A stretch of 64,000 nt of DNA from a virus. Its lineage: Duplodnaviria > Heunggongvirae > Uroviricota > Caudoviricetes. The position numbers and the translations under genes were made by a program. The stretch lies in the IMG/VR virus record IMGVR_UViG_2698536484_000026. One strand, 5' to 3'. Under the pieces are notes generated by a model that was not told the DNA's origin, did no database searches, and worked only from the letters and a program-made list of their open reading frames with translations. Positions 59,952 to 64,000 of the stretch are shown here, one piece after another. Position 1 is the first letter of the stretch. Each line of letters opens with the position of its first letter.

Positions 59952-62900
59952 ATGTGGTACAGGGAAGGTACTATCACATTTACACAGGGCAGCAATACTC
60001 TGGTTGGGGCAGGGACAGCCTGGAACGTAACAGCTAATGGTGTGTTGCCGGGGATGATCGTCATTGGCCCCGACAATAAGCTGTATGAGATCAAGCGCGT
60101 AACCAGTGATACGAACATTGTTCTCTCAGAACCTTATACCGGCGAAACTCAGTCTGAAGTTCCGTGCCGAATCATTACGACCTATGAAGGCGACTTAACA
60201 CAGTTTAGCGCGCGCTTTACTGCACTAATGTCGCGTATGTCGGCTGATTCCAAGTCCATGCGCAGTTGGTTGACTGCTCTGGATGAGGTGACAATCGAGC
60301 GTGAAGACGGTACAGAAGTGACCGTTAAGCCGCTAATGCAGATCGTCAACGAGCACAACGAAAACGTTGAGTGGTATAAAAATAACACTGACGCGATTGA
60401 TGCTGCTGGCGACAAAGCTCGTGAGGCGGCGGCCAGTGCTGCCGCAGCAGCAGAAAGCGCCAATACCGCTGGAGAAAAAGCCTCTCAAGCGTCTCAAAGT
60501 GCATCCGCTGCGGCATCCTCACAAAGTGCTGCAAGTGCGAGCGCAACTGCTGCGAAAAAATCTGAAACGAACGCACAAGCCGCAAAAGAAGCGGCAGCAG
60601 AATCAGCATCTGTAGCGTCGGCCAAAGCATCGGAGGCAGCAACATCTGCGTCCAGTGCCTCTGCATCTAAGGATGCAGCCAAAGCATCAGAGACTAACGC
60701 TTCATCGAGCGCAAACGCGGCAGCATCATCGGCAACAGAAGCTGCAAATTCGTCTAAGGCAGCAAAAACGTCAGAGGCAAACGCAAAAGCATCTGAAACG
60801 GCAGCCGAACAGAGTGCATCGTCTGCAAACAGTTCGAAATCTGCGGCAGAAGCGTCAGCAAGCGCAGCCTCAGCAAGTGCGGATAGTGCTTCATCAAGTG
60901 CAACAGCGGCAGGAAAATCTGCGGATAGCGCATTGTCATCAGCGACAACAGCTACCACAAAAGCGACAGAGGCGACGAGTCAGGCTACAGCTGCTAAAAA
61001 TTCAGCATCGGCAGCAAAAACCTCTGAAACAAATGCAAAGACTTCAGAAGACAATGCTGCTTCCTCTAAGGCGGCAGCTGCTGAATCTGCAAGTTCTGCG
61101 TCTGCATCAGCCTCCTCAGCATCCGCTTCAAAAGATGAGGCGACCAAGCAGGCATCAGAAGCGAAGGGCAGTGCTTCAACGGCATCCACGAAAGCAACAG
61201 AGGCGGCAGGCAGTGCGACGGCTGCATCTCAGAGCAAAACTGCTGCTGAATCCGCTGCGACCCGTGCGGAAGCTGCTGCTGATCGTGCTGAAGAGATTGC
61301 CGGTGCAGTTGCGATGGAAGACGCAAGCCTTACAACTAAAGGTGTTGTGAAACTTAGCAGTGCTGTCGATAGCACCAGTGAATCGCTGGCCGCAACGCCA
61401 AAAGCAGTTAAAGCAGCCAATGACAATGCGAATAGCAGGGTGCCATCTAACCGAAAAATTAACGGAAAAGCACTGACTGCGGATATAACATTAACGCCGA
61501 AAGATATTGGTACTTTAAATTCAGTAACGATGTCTTTCTCTGGCGGGGCTGGGTGGTTCAAACTGGCTACGGTTACCATGCCACAAGCGAGTTCCATCGT
61601 TTACATCACATTGATTGGTGGTGCTGGATATAATGTTAACTCCCCTATGCAGGCTGGTATATCTGAACTTGTTCTTCGTGCGGGAAATGGAAATCCAAAA
61701 GGTCTTACTGGTGCGTTATGGCGAAGGACATCGGTTGGATTTACTAATTTTGCATGGGTGAATACATCCGGCGATACATATGATATTTATGTTGAGATTG
61801 GCAATTATGCGACGAGTGTAAATGTCCACTGGGATTGTACTGCAAATGCGTCAGTTTCTATTTATACATCGCCAACATATTCAGCGAGTAAGCCTGCCAG
61901 CGTTACCGATGGTGTTGTTTATACGATGTATAGCTCACATCAGAAACCTACGCCATCAGATATTGGAGCACTGCCAACAACCGGAGGAACAGTTTCTGGT
62001 CCGTTGTCTGTTACAGGCGGATTAACTGGTTCATTGAATGGTAATGCAAGTACAGCAACGAAATTACAGACGACAAGAACTATCGGTGGAGTTGGTTTCG
62101 ACGGTTCTGCCAATATTAATCTTCCAGGTGTAAACACTACGGGTAATCAGAACACCACTGGTAATGCCGCAACTGCTACAAAACTACAGACGGCAAGAAC
62201 TATCGGCGGCGTGAGCTTTGATGGTACTGCAAATATTAATTTGCCAGGTGTTAATACGACTGGTAATCAGAATACAACAGGTAATGCGGCTACTGCTACG
62301 AAGTTGCAGACTGCGCGTACTATCAATGGGGTGTCGTTTGACGGCTCGGCAAATATTTCCTTGTCGCCAGCAAATATAGGTTGCCCGGCATCTCCTACTG
62401 GTTGGTTAACTACAGGAAGTAATGGCGGAGCAATAACAACAGCCCAGTTAGTGACGTTATTGCAAAATAATGGAGCCTTTAACACAAAGGCATGGATTGC
62501 TCGATGTGCGTGGGCCTATGCCAATAGCGCAACCATACCAAATAGTGAAACTGGTTGTGGCGTTATTCCATTGGCAGGAGCTGTTATAGAAGTATTTAAT
62601 AACGGTAGTAGTTCAAATAATTATACGATCCGCATAACAACGGCCACAACGACAAGTGTTTCCGGTGCTCTCACTAATGCGGAGTTTATCTATGTATTTA
62701 ATGGCACAGATTATTCTCCAGGATGGCGAAGAGTATATAACACGAAAAACAAACCAACTGCATCTGACGTTGGTGCATTACCTCTTACCGGTGGTACATT
62801 ATCTGGAGGTTTGACATCTTCTGGTGAGATCGTTTCAAAATATGCAAATGGTTTCCGCATTGCTTACGGTAGCTTTGGGTTCTTTATCCGTAATGACGGC

Positions 62901-64000
62901 GGCAGCACATATTTCATGCTAACAGCATCAGGAGATACGTTAGGTTCATGGAACGGCTTGCGACCGATTACAATTAATAATACTAGCGGTGTTGTGTCTA
63001 TTGGTAATGGACTAAATGTTACTGGTGGCATAAATGGTAGTTTGAACGGTAATGCTTCAACAGCTACGAAGTTGCAAACAGCGAGAAACATCAATGGTGT
63101 TAAGTTTGATGGCTCAGGCGATATCAACATTAATACATTGGTATCTCGTGGCCGAGTTACGGCGTTAAGCGGCTCTACTCAAGGCACTGCTGGCATTCAA
63201 ATGTACGAGGCGTACAACAATAGCTATCCGACCACGTATGGCAACGTATTGCACATGAAAGGTGCGAGTGCTGCTGGCGAGGGTGAGTTGCTTATTGGCT
63301 GGAGTGGTACGAGCGGTGCACATGCGCCGGTTTTCATTCGCTCCCGAAGAGATACCACTGATGCAGCATGGTCAGCGTGGGCACAGGTATATACCGCTAA
63401 GGATTCAATCCCTGGTGTGAATACAACTGGTAATCAGAACACTACTGGTAATGCCGCAACCGCCACAAAATTGCAGACAGCAAGGAAAATTGCTGGTGTG
63501 GCGTTTGATGGCTCTGCCGATATCAACCTGCCGGGTGTAAACATTGCTGGTAACCAGAACACAACCGGTAATGCAGCGACAGCGACCAAGTTGCAGACAG
63601 CATGTACTATCAACGGCGTCTCGTTTGATGGTTCTAAAAATATTGAGCTAACGGCGGAAGATTTAAATCTTGAGCAAACCGTAGAATTAGCCGCTGGATC
63701 ATTGCAAAAAAACCAGAACGGCGCGGATATTCCTGATAAAGATCGCTTCCTGAGTAACATTAATGTTTACAGCAAAGGCGAAGTGGATAAGAAAAAAGGA
63801 ATGCGGCAGTACGCATTTAATGCGCCGTCTAATGCAGTTGGTGGAAAGTGGTATCCAGTTATTTTCCGGCGTTCCACAGGCAGCACTGGCGAGCTGGCTT
63901 CCAGAGTGATTATAACGACCACATCTGCCGGTGGTAATTACGAAATGAATAACTGCGAATTCAATGGAATGGTAATGCCTGGTGGCTGGACTGATCGTGG
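59952..64000 (+). CDS. Side tail fiber protein (partial, 3' end beyond window)
   Basis: No stop through window end; Ala/Ser-rich region, KGVVKLSSAVDSTSESLAATPKAVK motif, repeated GNAATATKLQTARTINGVSFDGSANI units. Confidence 0.75.
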   Translation, partial: MWYREGTITFTQGSNTLVGAGTAWNVTANGVLPGMIVIGPDNKLYEIKRVTSDTNIVLSEPYTGETQSEVPCRIITTYEGDLTQFSARFTALMSRMSADSKSMRSWLTALDEVTIEREDGTEVTVKPLMQIVNEHNENVEWYKNNTDAIDAAGDKAREAAASAAAAAESANTAGEKASQASQSASAAASSQSAASASATAAKKSETNAQAAKEAAAESASVASAKASEAATSASSASASKDAAKASETNASSSANAAASSATEAANSSKAAKTSEANAKASETAAEQSASSANSSKSAAEASASAASASADSASSSATAAGKSADSALSSATTATTKATEATSQATAAKNSASAAKTSETNAKTSEDNAASSKAAAAESASSASASASSASASKDEATKQASEAKGSASTASTKATEAAGSATAASQSKTAAESAATRAEAAADRAEEIAGAVAMEDASLTTKGVVKLSSAVDSTSESLAATPKAVKAANDNANSRVPSNRKINGKALTADITLTPKDIGTLNSVTMSFSGGAGWFKLATVTMPQASSIVYITLIGGAGYNVNSPMQAGISELVLRAGNGNPKGLTGALWRRTSVGFTNFAWVNTSGDTYDIYVEIGNYATSVNVHWDCTANASVSIYTSPTYSASKPASVTDGVVYTMYSSHQKPTPSDIGALPTTGGTVSGPLSVTGGLTGSLNGNASTATKLQTTRTIGGVGFDGSANINLPGVNTTGNQNTTGNAATATKLQTARTIGGVSFDGTANINLPGVNTTGNQNTTGNAATATKLQTARTINGVSFDGSANISLSPANIGCPASPTGWLTTGSNGGAITTAQLVTLLQNNGAFNTKAWIARCAWAYANSATIPNSETGCGVIPLAGAVIEVFNNGSSSNNYTIRITTATTTSVSGALTNAEFIYVFNGTDYSPGWRRVYNTKNKPTASDVGALPLTGGTLSGGLTSSGEIVSKYANGFRIAYGSFGFFIRNDGGSTYFMLTASGDTLGSWNGLRPITINNTSGVVSIGNGLNVTGGINGSLNGNASTATKLQTARNINGVKFDGSGDININTLVSRGRVTALSGSTQGTAGIQMYEAYNNSYPTTYGNVLHMKGASAAGEGELLIGWSGTSGAHAPVFIRSRRDTTDAAWSAWAQVYTAKDSIPGVNTTGNQNTTGNAATATKLQTARKIAGVAFDGSADINLPGVNIAGNQNTTGNAATATKLQTACTINGVSFDGSKNIELTAEDLNLEQTVELAAGSLQKNQNGADIPDKDRFLSNINVYSKGEVDKKKGMRQYAFNAPSNAVGGKWYPVIFRRSTGSTGELASRVIITTTSAGGNYEMNNCEFNGMVMPGGWTDR

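Noticed and set aside
60494-61597. Several Ala/Leu-rich minus-strand and alternate-frame ORFs
   Set aside because: They fall within the low-complexity Ala/Ser-rich part of the tail fiber gene and are frame artefacts.
1-64000. Integrase and attL/attR pair defining a classical prophage
   Set aside because: No tyrosine or serine recombinase motifs were seen in any frame and no direct repeats bracket the host-type block.

Overview
The window is mostly phage-type DNA, with a 4.5 kb block of host-type enterobacterial genes in the middle. Left arm (1-17290, all genes on +): nucleotide-metabolism and DNA-modification module (ThyA-like, DHFR, P-loop kinase, HNH endonuclease, DnaQ-like exonuclease, Dam-like MTase, RNase H, a second NPPY MTase fusion, RelA/SpoT-type HD hydrolase) plus many small coupled ORFs. 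Centre (17300-21850): repeat-rich non-coding DNA, a LexA box in front of an N-terminally truncated UmuD'-like gene, then divergent apbC(mrp) and metG, both near-identical to E. coli-type proteins as far as I can judge from memory. Right arm (21950-64000): small + strand genes with conserved upstream motifs, two iteron-like repeat arrays, a CA-rich ORF-poor stretch, an AT-rich minus-strand accessory block ending in an SF2 helicase, then two ParB-like genes, ABC-type ATPase, terminase, portal, scaffold, capsid, Ig-like decoration protein and a lambda-like tail module (V, G/GT, H, M, L, K, I, J) with a side tail fiber running off the window end. No integrase, repressor, transposase, tRNA or CRISPR array was recognised. 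The layout would fit a large temperate siphovirus or an SSU5-like phage-plasmid carrying host-derived cargo, but that is inference; an assembly chimera or tandem prophage junctions cannot be excluded. All functional calls rest on motifs read by eye from the translations, not on database searches. The best candidates for an undescribed system are the minus-strand accessory operon at 29883-32563 and the ABC-ATPase/GNAT-like pair at 35553-37105, alongside a dense set of recurring regulatory motifs.
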